64,000 nt of DNA from Phoronis australis (GCA_002633005.1 NMRA01000127.1:186001-250000), one strand, 5' to 3'; counted from the stretch's first letter, positions 10,554 to 23,265 are shown. The notes: generated by a model not told the origin, from the sequence alone. Translations and numbers: made by a program.

Positions 10554-11761
10554 AACAACTGACGAGAGTCTCAGAACTCCCACATGCAAATTTGATATGC
10601 ATATGAGGGAGTACTTGACTATTGCGCCATCTATACATTGACGGAAAAGCCGTGACTGCGTGTGGGAAGTTGCGATTGATTGCGCTGAAGTCGATATTTT
10701 CAAAGTAAAATTACACCACTGTTCAAGGTTGCAAAGTGAGTTTTTTGATATCCTTCTATAGAAAAAGCTTTAATCTCTCTGATAAAATTATCTCTTTCCT
10801 TTTAAGCGAAACGTAAGTTATGAAATTAATCCGGGGAAGGAGGCCAAAAACGGCGGTTTAGCTAGTTGTCCCTTCCTGGCTATCTCTTCCTGGTAATATG
10901 TAACTTGACATAATGTTCACGTCCTTTCTGTTATCAAACTAAAAGCTTTTTTGCACAATTCTGTACCTCGGGCAAGATAATAAAATCATCGACTATTCCC
11001 GTCTATTTCCGTGACCTGAGTTCCTGTTTGTCAGTTCAGGAACGATTACTAAATGCCAGGCAAGATATGTTGTAGTTGAAAAGGTATTGACAGCACCGTG
11101 AGCGTATATGCGTTGTAACTTTTTTGGATGCTTTTGATTCCCATTTTAGTTCTTTTTATACAAACTTGATTATTTATTGTCCTAATCTTACCTCCTGTTC
11201 TTTGCATATGACGAATGGTATTTAATGCATAATTACAAGTTTGAACTACCGTCGCATAGTCTCCGGCGTAGCCAACGCTCGACTACCGAGGTCAGCCCTG
11301 ACTCATTGCATTAAGGGTAAGTCAAATTAGCAACAGTACCTGCTTAGGTAACAAATTAGAGGAAAAAAGTTTCTTGATCAACAATTGTCTAATCTTTATC
11401 GCTATATCTTGAAATTAGTGCAAAACATCCACATACGGCGATGTTTCGACAAACAAAAACAAGTTTTATCTCAAAACAGTGAGCTCCACATCTGTGCTTG
11501 ATTTTGCTGCCAGGACACAGTAACCGGCGAAATAATTCCCAGGCCTGCAGTCCCCGTGACTCTTCGTCGGAAACTGATAATCACTTGCTAAATTGGCTTT
11601 GATTTTCAATTAGCGCACGCAATCGCAATTTCCCACACGCAGTCACGGGTATTTAAGCTTTTCCGTCGATGTATAGATGGCGCAGTAATCAAGTCCTCCC
11701 TCATTAGCATATCAAATTTGCATGCTGTAAATGGGAGTTTTCGAGATTCTAGTCAGTTGTT
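10554..11761. mobile_element. Non-autonomous DNA transposon with about 140-bp TIRs
   Basis: 10554-10695 is the imperfect reverse complement of 11610-11761 (AACAACTGAC...ATGCAAATTTGATATGC...GCGCCATCTATACAT...GTGGGAA). Confidence 0.75.
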
Positions 11762-12850
11762 ATATCGAAATGGCATAGTTATAACGGTAGTTTGTGACAA
11801 AAGAATTTCATTGTGACGGATTTTATCCAGCAAGGAAACTTCTGTGGGACACGCTTGTCTCGGCTCCGTTTAGTGAAGTAATTTTTGAGGAGTTGCCCGG
11901 CTTCTTACATGAACTAAAGCGGAATATTGCGGATCGAATCGCCAGTAAACGGGTGGCGAAGAGCGAGGCCGACGTAGTGTTCCGCGCACTGAGTGAGGTC
12001 ATGCTCTGCGTGAAAGTTCAAAGAAAATTTATTCGGTCATATCATATGGTACTACCATAGTTGGACTTGAGGAGTAAACATGACACTGACTTGCAACGCA
12101 GTGCAGTGTGCAATGCTACTTTTTGTACATGCACCGCGAGTCCTCTGGCCGCGTCACCGTGTCCTCTGCTAGTACAGCAGCCACTACCAGCACTGAAACC
12201 ACCAGTGTCGCAAGTAGACGAAATCTTTTTCCCGGCCCCAGTTTAATAAGTCGTACCTCTGGACTCCCACCCCAGCCTCACCTGACTGGGGTTTACACGT
12301 ACTGGCATGGGGTTGTATTAGAGAGATGTTCCGTACATACAAGAAGAACAGGGGTGATGCATCATATAAGCAGAGAAGAAAAATTCTGGCTGCTTTGACC
12401 ATTTCTGCAGATGTCAAAAAGAAGTAAGTTTTATTTTGATTTCCTGGGGATAAAGTGATGAGATTGGGAGTTATAAAATCATTCATGTCCTTTGTTTTGT
12501 ATCAATGGTCACATGAATGCGTCTAATTCTCATCAATTCATGTTATTGTCACTCTAATGACCCTCATTGCAAAGCAGGTGACTTTCTCCGTGATTGAAAG
12601 CAAAACAATGTCCAAGACTAGTTTCCAATAAAACAGTATACAAATCACAGGTTTCTTTTGATATCGGGACAAGCTGAACATAGACTATTTTAAAGACACG
12701 TCTCATTAAAACCACAAAGATTTGAATTTTAGCAACCGCCACCTAATGACTTCATGGAGAAATGTGTGTACAGAAAAAGAAACAATTGTTAAATAATTTA
12801 AAATAGTGAAACTAAAACCACAAACGCCAGTACTAAAATATACTTAAATA

Positions 12851-12890
12851 TTCCCACATTTCGAGCAATGCGCTCTTTGTCAAGGGTGTG
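12851..12890 (-). ncRNA. Minimal hammerhead-ribozyme-like motif (Penelope pLTR type)
   Basis: CCC TTGACAA A GAGC-GCATT-GCTC GAAA TGT GGG: U3-A8 core variant, perfect 4-bp stem II, GAAA. Confidence 0.45.
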
Positions 12891-13059
12891 CTACAGACTG
12901 CTGAGTACATGTAGATGAATTTAAAATAAAATGGCACAGGAGACCACATAGCGACATACAATAGTCAATTTGCTGTTATAAAGAAAACACTGCAACTGAA
13001 AGCTTAAAAACAAATGTGAACATACAAAACCCCAATAATTTCAAATATAATGCAATTAT

Positions 13060-13290
13060 TATTTGATAGTGAAATATTCAAATATTAAAAACTGTTCCTT
13101 GTTTCATTTGGGCAACAATGAAATTTGCATAACGAGACTTTTGCGATATTGTAATTGTAACTCGTTCTGGGATGGTTTCCGGTACATTGATATGGGAAGA
13201 CCCAGGGTAGTTTATAAATTAGTACTTCATTTGCATATTCACAATTTAATGAGAATATGTATCTTTAAAGTATGTAGTTCAACTTGTTTG
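13060..13290 (-). repeat. Dispersed repeat (probable CR1/L2 3'-end relic) also present in + orientation in the GPCR 3' flanks (about 17440-17680, 43560-43790, 1-90)
   Basis: Reverse complement reads TTTAAAGATACATATTCTCATTAAATTGTGAATATGCAAATGAAG..., nearly the same as 17449-17500. Confidence 0.5.
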
Positions 13291-13843
13291 TACCAAAATG
13301 CAACTTGACGTGCTTCTTTTCTTTGAATTGCATATTTAATACTAAGTACTAAAATACACTACACCCATTTAAGTGCATGACTTGACTTTAAGTGAAGCAT
13401 GCTAGCACATGAATATGCCTTTAGGATGAAAGGACCTTAAAGAAAGTTTTTATTGAAAAAGTACAATGTTCTCAATGGATGAACTTTCAGTTTTAGTTGT
13501 ACAGTACTAGTTCAGTGTTGTTCTTGTGATTTCCTAACTTCTGTTTTTCTATCTAGGCGTGGCATCCTTCTTCAAGTACAGCAGAAGTGCAGAGACTGAG
13601 GTAATTTACTGTACATGTACCTGCACCGTTCCTTCTTGTCATTTCTGAGCAAGCTGGGTAGTTCCATAGGACAAGAGTTCGTTGGTAACCATAGACACAA
13701 AATCGTAAAGGTGAGCATATGACAGTTTTAAAATAGGAGACTAAATCATGCCGCAATTCAACCTTTCACAACTATGTCTCGAAAACCATGCGTCTGGGAG
13801 CTTACTTCGATCTATCATACGTCATAAGCACGTGATAACCTGC

Positions 13844-14013
13844 AGCTCTGGCAAGATTCACAATCTCGCCACTAAACCACGCGTGTGATTACCTGCTGCT
13901 TACCATTCTATCATGGTCGGACAAGGAATGATCCCGATTGAAAGTTAAGCCAGCCAATCACAGCAATCCACACGTGCGTCACATACTGGCGAGATTGTGA
14001 ACCTAGCCAGACT
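13844..14013. mobile_element. MITE
   Basis: TIRs TCTGGCAAGATTCACAATCTCGCCA / TGGCGAGATTGTGAACCTAGCCAGA. Confidence 0.7.
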
Positions 14014-15305
14014 TCTAATGCATCGATTTCTTGACTTCCGGTACGTCTGTGTTACTGTAATGACTTACGTACTACTCCCCTCTGTACCAATGGTGTATGT
14101 AAAGGCATGTACAGATCGAAATAAGCCGCCGTGTTGAAAACTATGATGTCATGTTGACTAATGTTCATGCAGCAAGCCACAACTCACAATCCAACGGCTC
14201 GGGAACTAAAATACGGAAATCAAATTCGACTGTTGAACAGTTGGCAAATGTTTTGACTAATTGTGCAAAAACCCAGACTCATTGTACGTGTGCCATCTAT
14301 TATATAAGTACATGTTCAAATAACGTTAAATTGGATTAGTTTTCTCTCTCGGGTCCTTGTTTGGTGAGCGCTGATTCCCTTATTTTTCGATGTGTCGATT
14401 TAATGTACATCTTTATGAGAATTACTTCGGATATTGTAGGATATGTACTGGTTATACTGACCCCACGTTACTGTATATGTTTATAGCTGGTGAGGTGCAA
14501 CCAGGTGCGTCAGTTCCAGAAAAAAAAGACACTATCATATGGTCTTGACACTGAAATCAACATGACGAATTTAAAGACTGAGTGGCAATGCCTGGCAATC
14601 TTGGACCAGTGATCTGCTACAGGAAAGATGAGTGGCGAACCTCGAAACAAGGCTGCCATCCCAGCAGAAACAAACCTACCTTCAACACTCCGGTGAGGAA
14701 GATGCTGCCATCGCTCAAGCAATTTGTCTTGACAAAGTGCACACCAGGTTATATGTGGAAATGATCGATTCCCGTCGTCCCATCATGCTTGTGGTCATAG
14801 TTGTGTGAAATTTGATCGAGTTTCAAAGCTAAAATTAGCTGAACTGAATGAAATCTGCGAACACTCTGACATTGAAATTGCCCGTTGCAGTTCAAAAAAG
14901 AAGAAACTGTTGGCCCTTTATCTGTGTTTTTAAAGAACTGTTCTTTTCGAGGGGGTTACATCATTATGCTTCCTCGTATTTATTTGCTGTTGTATTACAC
15001 ATCATCCCTGTCTATAAGCTGATGTATCTCTAAAACCTCTATTTGGAAATTCGTAAAATTTTGGAGATGTGTATCTATTGTAAATGGAATAGCCTTAGCA
15101 AATTTTAAATGGTCCGACTACTGGTGCGCTCCGTAGTTGGGATTTCAGTTTTTTGTGAATGCTTTTGTATCTTCGTAGTTTTTTGACAGGTGTCCATGAA
15201 ATTCCACAGTAGGCATCAACTGTAAGGTGTTCCACCTGGTGTCCGTTTTTACTTTTTCCGAGACTGTTTTGTGGCGTCCGTCATTCTGTTAGCCAAAACG
15301 CACTA

Positions 15306-16109
15306 GAGTTCGTATTCGAAGAACCACCACCTTAAGAATAGCTTAAATAGACCTTGGTAAGGCTCATCTTAGGTAAGGTCACCTTACGCAGTCTGCTATT
15401 TTGAAAGTTTCATTAATCCTTTCCTTCATTAAGCTGCCCGTTAAGACTGTAAGGTGGAGCTCAAGGAAAACTCCCACTGTTTCGGGTGGACTGTAAGGTG
15501 GTCTTTGAGGTGAACCTCAGAAAACAATGGGGTGTCACAGCGTGAGATCTTTACTGGAGAGAGAATAAGTTGTGTAATGACTATAACTATTTGAGGTGAA
15601 TGGAGTGTAATACATGTCCAAGCGCAGTTGTCTAATGCAACTCAATATAGTTAGAACCATAATGGAAACAGCAATTCGAAAACGCAAGACCTATACTGAC
15701 GTCAGCTACTTGAAAAAGATAACTACTATTGATTTAAAATTGAATAGTTTAAAATTTGGGAAAAAGGACGAGGCGTGGAAAATAATATTAAAAGGATACA
15801 ACGCGCAAAAAAACGTCTCGCTAGGGTACCAGTACAATAGGCTGAACGGCAGCACCTTCACGGTTTATAGCTGCAATTGTGCTTAGATAATCTCCCATCT
15901 TCTCCGGTACCATGATCGAAAAGGAATGAAATTCCTTATCAAGGTTATCCTTAAGGATACCCCAGAGCAATCTTTAGTATTTAAGATACCCCTTTTTATA
16001 ATTTGACGTGTACCTTATGCAAAAAGTCTCTTACAAATGAGTCCTTAGGTTAAGGAAAGGAGTTTAAGGTTTATCTTACAGGATACTTAAGGATTATACT
16101 AAACGCGGC
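15306..16109 (+). mobile_element. PIF/Harbinger non-autonomous element with a Myb/SANT-like ORF relic (copy about 40519-41323)
   Basis: TTAAGG/CCTTAA subterminal repeats; relic METAIRKRKTYTDV..IDLKLN..KKDEAWKII..YNAQ; CTG target duplication visible in the 40.5-41.3 kb copy. Confidence 0.7.
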
Positions 16110-16311
16110 CTGCAAGCAGGTAGTTCTGGAGATCGACATGCTAGACTAATAACCGTCCTAGACTTCACGTAGGTAATGCACAGCTGAACTAAAGCCAGGA
16201 CAAAGCTAAAAGTCCGTCTTCACAAACCAGGGATGGACACCCACGACAGCATTCAAAGCCGTGACCAGAGTCATTAGACTAACATTCAAGCTCACCATGA
16301 TGAAAACAACA

Positions 16312-16315
<4 letters not shown>

Positions 16316-16362
<47 letters not shown>
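16316..16362. repeat. (CA)n microsatellite (homolog 41521-41576)
   Basis: Direct reading. Confidence 0.95.
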
Positions 16363-17902
16363 AAACAGTTACACGCCTTGGACGTTAAGGTGTCTCTTAG
16401 ATTACTTAAATCAGTTCTTGGCCACAGTAAGCGCTTCGATCGTCCGGCTCTTAGATTACGACCCTAATGATTATGAAAATATGTATATGTTTTCCCACTC
16501 AAAAGAGGACGTGATACTGATTTTTGGTTGTCTCCGACTACTCTGTCACCTCCTAATGGCAGTTTCTTTTTTCATGAAGCCCTTGCATTTTTTAATTTTG
16601 CCAATATATTTCTTTGAAATTGGCAATAAAGTTCGATGACTTTTGAACACATCTAACTACTACTCTGTTCCCTTAATTGTTGCAGTTTTATTTTTTACAC
16701 TGTGTTATGTATCTTTGAAGTTCCTTGACGTATTTTGATGAATTTTTCCGAACAGTCTTGCTACGTACATGTATGTAACTGTTGACAGCTGGTAACAGAA
16801 ATGACGATGTAGATCACGTAATTCTTTATTTTGTACATTTCCGCATAATGTGGGCTGCAGGCAAGCTGTACAAGAAAACAAATGTTCTAAAGGTAAAGTA
16901 ACATTTCAGAGGCATCCTTGCAAAAAATAGCTGAGTACCACTCTAGCAAAATTGTAATACTAAAGGTGTCGGTTCCTACATGTTCTTATACGGTGCTGTA
17001 ATACTAATTTTACGCAAGTGCACAATTTTACAAAAAGCGGTAAATTTTCAAAACAAAAAATATGCCAGTTATAAATCATTCCACTAAGATATACAAATAA
17101 TCTATATGTCAAAAAATCTGTGATATGTCTTGTACCCAGGTTTTACTGAAATGCTCTTGCAGTCATTCTTTAGATTTGACCAACCGCCATTATGTCTGAA
17201 GCGAGTTGTTGTTTGTTTTGATGTTCTTGTTCGTATCGAAAATAGATTCCCATCACGGTATGGAATATTGAGACCAGACTTATGAGAGTAAAAAGTCTAC
17301 TTCGATCCTTGATTATAGCATACTAAATAACACGAAAGACAACATTAAATCCAGACGTAAAACAAAAATATGAATCTAGTCATACAAATGTTCTGCAAGT
17401 CATAGGATGAAATGTAGCTGCTACTAATCGCCATAAGCGTTGACACATTTAAAGGCGATATGTCTCATTAAATTGTGAATATGCAAATGAAGCTCTAGAT
17501 TATAAAAAATCCTGGTCGTCCAGTGTGTCGGACACCATTCGAGAACCAGTTACCATTACAATCACGCGAAAGACTCCTTTTAGGAGACCACTTTTATGTA
17601 AATGAGTATGGTAATAGTTCATCGTTACCCTAATGACACAACGCACAGATTTTATCATTTGCTTCTTTCACTATCAAATATCGTTTGCGTAATTTATTTA
17701 CAAATTGTTCCCTTCCTGGTTATTTGCAGTTCTCCAGCAAGTTACTAGGTGGCGTGTGATTCAAATTTAAATATTCAGGATTTTAATGAGACATATCATC
17801 TTTAATCCTGGCGCTGATTCAGGGAAGAATCTAGGGGCTCTCATGTCGGACCTTTTGAACGCAATCATGGATCTGTGGCTGTAAACAATTGACTGCGATA
17901 TT

Positions 17903-18102
17903 AAACAACACAGCAAATTGTTTAATACAACCCAAATTGAAATGATTTTGTAACTAGGATTACCTTGTTATTATGATACAGTGATAATTTCCACGAGCAA
18001 CACGCAATTTACTTAACACAACCTGAAAATAAAAAATGTACAGGATTTTGTAACTAGCTTTACCTTTTTACTATGATACAATGATAATTTCCAAGAGCAA
18101 CC
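17903..18102. repeat. About 100-bp local tandem duplication in the paralog 2 3' flank
   Basis: Two diverged copies of ...acaacc...gattttgtaactag...atgatac.tgataatttcca.gagcaac; single in paralogs 1 and 3. Confidence 0.65.
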
Positions 18103-18249
18103 TATTTCAAACTAATTTCCTTAGATAAAACTAAAACTAGTGTTTAATACTCGGATAGCAGTTAAACAAAAAGTATTCTGCAGAGTCGACAAGTGACGGT
18201 TCCAATCTTGAAAAGTTTTGAAGAGGGTTCAGCGTCAAATCAGGCAAGC

Positions 18250-19653
18250 TCACTTTACCGATACAACGTCGAGCTCGAAATTATTTGAACCAATATGTGT
18301 ACTTTCTTCAGATGCTGAAATCGTCGTGGTCTTAGAGACTCTAGAGAACGCTGCTGTAGATGTCTTTCGGCAACATGGCCACATGCTCACAAAATCTCTT
18401 CGAAACGTCTCTCCACTTACAGAGTATAGAAGAAAATTGATGCTGTGGTTTATATCAATAAAGAAATATGCCATTTTATTGAACAAGAGGTATTGGGCGT
18501 AACTGTACAATGTCGGGTCTCCCATGTAATCCCAAAAATTTTCGGCTATCATTAGTGCTGCATACGGAGACATGAGGAACGTGAAAGAAACCGATATTGT
18601 TAACAACATTCTGGTAATCTGGTTCTGTAGTTTCCTTGCCTCGAGGTCCATTTCGCTGTTGTTCGTCATTCCCACTCTTTTACGAGCAGCAGCTGACGTC
18701 AGCGATATTATGATTCCGTTAAGAACGCACAGCATTATCAAGGGAATGAAAACGTAAACAGTAGAATCCACCCACCTGTAAGCTGCCATGAACTGTTTGT
18801 CTGATGGATACCACCTACACGTCCAAGCACTAACTGCGGTGTAAACAGCATGGACGAAAAGGAAGTAGTGGAAATTTAAGATAATAGAAAGAATCGACAG
18901 AGAAATTGTAACAATGACCGCATTTTTAACAGTACAAATGGATGAAGCTTTAAGTGGAAAAGCCACAACGATGCAGCGTTCGCACGTCATAGCCAAAACC
19001 GTCCACACCGACATGTAAGCAGCAAAGGATATGATGAAGTTGTTGATTCGACAACCAGCTTCATTGATGAACCAAGTCTGGTCATATTGGTCCATCGTCA
19101 AACCAAGTGTCTTCGACATCATGAATGTTGTATCAAAGATGGCCAGCATAGCCATATAAAAACATGACGAGTTTTTACGAATTCGTTTGCGCATAACCAA
19201 GAAGGACAAAAGATTTCCTAGAAAGGCTAAGGCTGGGAGAAAATAGTCTTTGAAGTTCTGCAAGTTGAACGCGACCCAGTAGAGATCGTAAGAGGATAAC
19301 AATGCCCTGGTGTGGTCGTCTCGATCAAAAGAGGCATTTATTGTTTCGTTAGTGCAGTTTAGGGCGGTGCCGTTAAAGAAATCGAATGACCACTGGTTCA
19401 TTGTGGAATTCACATCAGACAAATTCTGCATGGAGTTACTGTACTCTGAACCATTGAAAACTGTCACATGTTGAAAATCCCGAGTCGTGGAGGTCAGTAG
19501 AAAGAACTCTGTTGTTTGAATCCCGTTGTCAGTTGTCGTTTCAAAGATTGCACCTGTGTTACTTTCCGCTATAGTTGACCATGGTGTAACGCTGTGGTTG
19601 TTCGTTTGGTTTTGGGTTGCCATTTCTCGAGTGGGTGTTGCGTTTTCGGCCAT
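18250..19653 (-). CDS. Class A 7TM GPCR, FMRFamide-receptor-like/Srw-like (paralog 2)
   Basis: Intact 467-aa ORF with GN, LAIFD, TCERC, HSINFLLY and WPCC motifs. In-frame TAA just upstream of the ATG; splice acceptor TGTTGTTTTAG ending at 19670. Confidence 0.93.
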   Translation of the reverse strand: MAENATPTREMATQNQTNNHSVTPWSTIAESNTGAIFETTTDNGIQTTEFFLLTSTTRDFQHVTVFNGSEYSNSMQNLSDVNSTMNQWSFDFFNGTALNCTNETINASFDRDDHTRALLSSYDLYWVAFNLQNFKDYFLPALAFLGNLLSFLVMRKRIRKNSSCFYMAMLAIFDTTFMMSKTLGLTMDQYDQTWFINEAGCRINNFIISFAAYMSVWTVLAMTCERCIVVAFPLKASSICTVKNAVIVTISLSILSIILNFHYFLFVHAVYTAVSAWTCRWYPSDKQFMAAYRWVDSTVYVFIPLIMLCVLNGIIISLTSAAARKRVGMTNNSEMDLEARKLQNQITRMLLTISVSFTFLMSPYAALMIAENFWDYMGDPTLYSYAQYLLFNKMAYFFIDINHSINFLLYSVSGETFRRDFVSMWPCCRKTSTAAFSRVSKTTTISASEESTHIGSNNFELDVVSVK

Positions 19654-19980
19654 TGTTCTCTTCCCTTAGCTAAAACAACAGAATAAAAATCAGAAATTTT
19701 GGTTGAGGTTTCAAGGGTATATAGTAATGTAGCAAAAGATGGTGAAATCAGTAGACAGTGTGCATTACAAGTCGTCTAGTCGGTAGTCATCCTATCAGGA
19801 TCCCGAGTAGCCTTATTCCAGTCACAACTTTGGAAAGTCACGTGAATTGACTGGCCCGTTAGGTGTCGTTAACTTCACATTTAAAAAAGCTCTAGAGATT
19901 ACATGAAACACCTATTTTTCTTATTTTGCTTTTATTTTTACAAGAGCAGTATAATACAATCACAAGTCCACAGACTTTAA

Positions 19981-21748
19981 AGTAGAATGCCAACCGATTT
20001 AATTAGTTTTTTTACCATCTTAGTCGGTCTATATCCACATCGCATCTTATACGGTCGACCTCACCTTGCCGAGAGGTGTCGCGTTAAGCTGTGAGGAAGG
20101 TGAGAAAAGACGCAACATCAGTGATTCATCTGCAGTGTGCCATGCTGCTATATTGCGGTGCATCGTTCCCGCTTGTTCGAACTATGAAGCTGCGAATAAA
20201 TCGAGAATATCGTTTTTCTGACTCCCTCGGGAGCCCGAAATGCTTAGGAAGTGGCTCGCGGTAGTGAAGAATGAAAAGTTAATAGCAGGTATGAGGTCGT
20301 CAAACATCTCCGTGTCTGTGGCCGGTATTTCGTCTACAGTGATTTCTCTGACGAATTCTGGCATACCAAAGAGCTATCCGTACGTTCGTAGCCGGTGCAT
20401 GTTCACGGCGCCTCTTTAGTAATTCTTAATCGGTGTATTCCGGTTCGAAATGATAGCCTGTGAAACCTAACGATCCGACCTGTGAAGTTTTCGTCGGATG
20501 AGCTCTCGCGGACTAAGTCGGGATTGGCACCGAGCGAGTTGACATGTAGACGTTTTTTATTCTGGGTTTTGTTTCAAAATAAATTATTCTCACCCTACGC
20601 AATGCTTATATCATGGGCGGCGCGCCATAGGAGGCTCGGGGAGGGGACTGTGGCCCCCATTTTTTTCATTGCTACGCCGCACATGGTCTATAGGCGGTGC
20701 ATCACAGGGGTGGGCGAGGCGAGTTTAGGCCCCCACTTTTTTCAGTGCTGCACCACCCATGTATATAAAAGTGGAACATTAGATGCAATTTGTGTTGTCT
20801 TTGGAGTATTCGTGAGTGCAAATGCTTTGAGAAGCCTGCAATGAATAAACCACTGCGTCACCGGCTTTAGATGTAATAATGGTAATTGTCCGGGCACCGA
20901 GGCCGTATGAGCGAATGCTAATTCAGAGCTTGATGACAGAAAGCTGTTGAGAAACAATAACTCGATTATATATGCCATGGTCACATGTTAGGGGAATCTT
21001 AATTTAGATATACAAATACATCATTCAAATCATTTTCACTGTACAACCTTTGCCCTGACGGTTCTGTGGTAGGGGAACCTGACTTTCAGATTTTCAGTTT
21101 CGTGGTTAATTCACCTAAATAATTATGTGCACATTTTTTGGCTGACTATTATAATCTTTTCATGACTGGAGATTTAGTTTCAAACTTAAGCTGGTTTATA
21201 TCTGTGATGTCCAGTCCCGACGGCGCGACGCCGGGCCTGATGGGGTTCCGAGCCACTGGCGGAGAGTAACAATCGTTTTGTGTGTTTAGAATTGAAAAAA
21301 TAGCAAGTCTACAAGTACAACACACAGCTATGTTCCCATGTCTGCATTTCAGGGAAGAATGATTCGAATTTCTCACCAAACAGACCCACTGAAACTTCCA
21401 CAATCGACCATGGTAGTTGGCCTACCGATACGTTCAAATACCTGTAAATCCGTAACAATGAAATAAAACAACAAGCTTATTGAAGAACTCGAAGTATTTG
21501 CAAGGGGTTTACATCGAATTTTGATGATTTATTGGCGTAAAACGATGAATTCATGCGAAAAGTTGACATCAAAGAACGTGTTGTGAACGACTGAACAGAT
21601 GTGTTCGAACCGATTACGTCATTGGTTAATTTCAACACCTCCGTCTGCCGTTAGGTGTCAGGTAAAATCACTGAATTTGCTGTTATCGAATGGAACTACT
21701 CGATATAAAATGAAACAAAATAGGTTGTTTTTTGGGTAGCATTCTCAT
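19981..21748 (+). mobile_element. Kolobok-like non-autonomous DNA transposon with a decayed THAP domain, specific to the paralog 2 intron
   Basis: TTAA TSD (empty site ctttaagacatgg at about 2315 in paralog 1); TIR AGTAGAATGCCAACC/GGGTAGCATTCTCAT; relic CIVPACSN...SFF*LPREPEMLRKW...RVCGRYF at about 20155-20345. Confidence 0.75.
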
Positions 21749-23073
21749 TTAAGACATGGTACATATTAGTACTGCACATTTACTAAGAAATAACACGAGC
21801 ATAGTATACACATTCTTGCTGCAATGACAAGGAAACTATTTCCTCACCGTTTTTTGAACAATGGATGCGGATGGCGTATTGGTACCATCCACGATTTTCA
21901 TTTGACTTGAATTCAACAACCTTGTGTGAACAAAATTGCTAAAGGAACCCATTCCAAGTCAAAGCCCCATGGGTAGATGGGCGATTTGCTCTATGCATTG
22001 TGTAAGATGAGGAGGAACATGGTGATGACCGAGGGGAGAATGGTGAAATTGGGGGATAAATAGGGAGGGGAGATTTTCTTTCCTCTCTAGTTTGGTAAAG
22101 ACACCTTTCCCTCCAACTGTGCGGTGGCCCTGGTACCAGAAGTGAAGATCAATCATTGTTGTCTTTCACATTGTCGTTCTAAATTATATTTAAGTAGTGA
22201 GTACATCTCATTTCTAACCCCAGTGTAAATCAAGTCTGTCAAAACCCAGCTTTTGATTTTGGCCATATAGTGTACTAAACTCTGTTTGATCCGCACGTAG
22301 AAGGTGTACGACTGAGGGGCGAATTCATTTATTTATTGCAACTGTGATGCGCTTTTAATTAATTTTCTAAACCATTATAATTGTAAAATGGGAACTTAAT
22401 ACCAAATTTCTGTCATGATTTCATTCTCTTTTCATGAAACAAAACAGAGGCGAATCTACGGGGGGGGTTCAAGGGGTTCAAGCCTCTCTCCCCTCAGGAT
22501 TGAATCAAACATAAAAGTTAAACAAAATGTCGCCAGGAAAACGAACTCAGGTACTAAAAACGAAAAACAAAAAAATGTTACACAGGTGGAGGAAAACACC
22601 TTCCCCACCTTCCCTCCGCTCAGCTCTACGCGCCTCGGATTCACGCAAATCCTAACCCCCCCCCCCCCCCTTCTTACTGGAAACGAAGATCTGTCACTGC
22701 AGATCTCCCAGCGCGGTTGCATAAAGGTTCCTGCGTTAAATAGCAAACATACATCCCACAACATAATTCATAGAGACTTTGAATTACAACAAAAGTACGA
22801 GAATTCTATGAAATAAATGAACAGGTCTTTTACTCAGTCACACCAAACAAGTAACAACCAAGCATAGACTTTATATCTTTATAATTTTGTAAGTACAAAG
22901 ACGCATTATTGGGAGTATTTAAAAAATATTATTAAATAAACCGGAATATGAACAGGAATTCTCGAATTTAATTCGGATAAAAATTATCAGAAAATGCATT
23001 CCTTGGGAAAAATAACAAAAAATAAGTTGTGTGAAGTTGTAAAACAACACTAGGATCCAAGTTAGTGGCTTAC

Positions 23074-23265
23074 CTGCTTACTTTACATAGGAAGCAAGAG
23101 ATTGGTTTATAGATAGAGTACCCCTGCAATTAGATGCCTGACACGTAGTTGGAGCCGTCCCGTCTTTAAGTGTCAACAGATCGTTCCAAACTTATGTGAA
23201 GGGGTCGAAAGCATACGTTTGATAATATCGCTGTATTTGTTTTATTTATTGTTGCAGTTTGGGTT
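23074..23265 (-). other. Putative non-coding 5' exon of GPCR paralog 2 (intron 19670-23073)
   Basis: Homolog of 5449-5640 ending in CAG|GTAAGC. Confidence 0.6.

Larger units (their letters stand above)
14720..19690. repeat. Segmental duplication block B (matches about 40340-45755)
   Basis: Shared atttgtcttgacaa..., Harbinger derivative, (CA)n, 3' flank and GPCR. Offset about 25.3-26.1 kb depending on indels. Confidence 0.9.

Noticed and set aside
16261-16467. HT-repeat and CV-repeat ORFs (also 41370-41606) and the DGRT ORF at 61517-61786
   Set aside because: Translations of (CA)n and (GGAC)n microsatellites.
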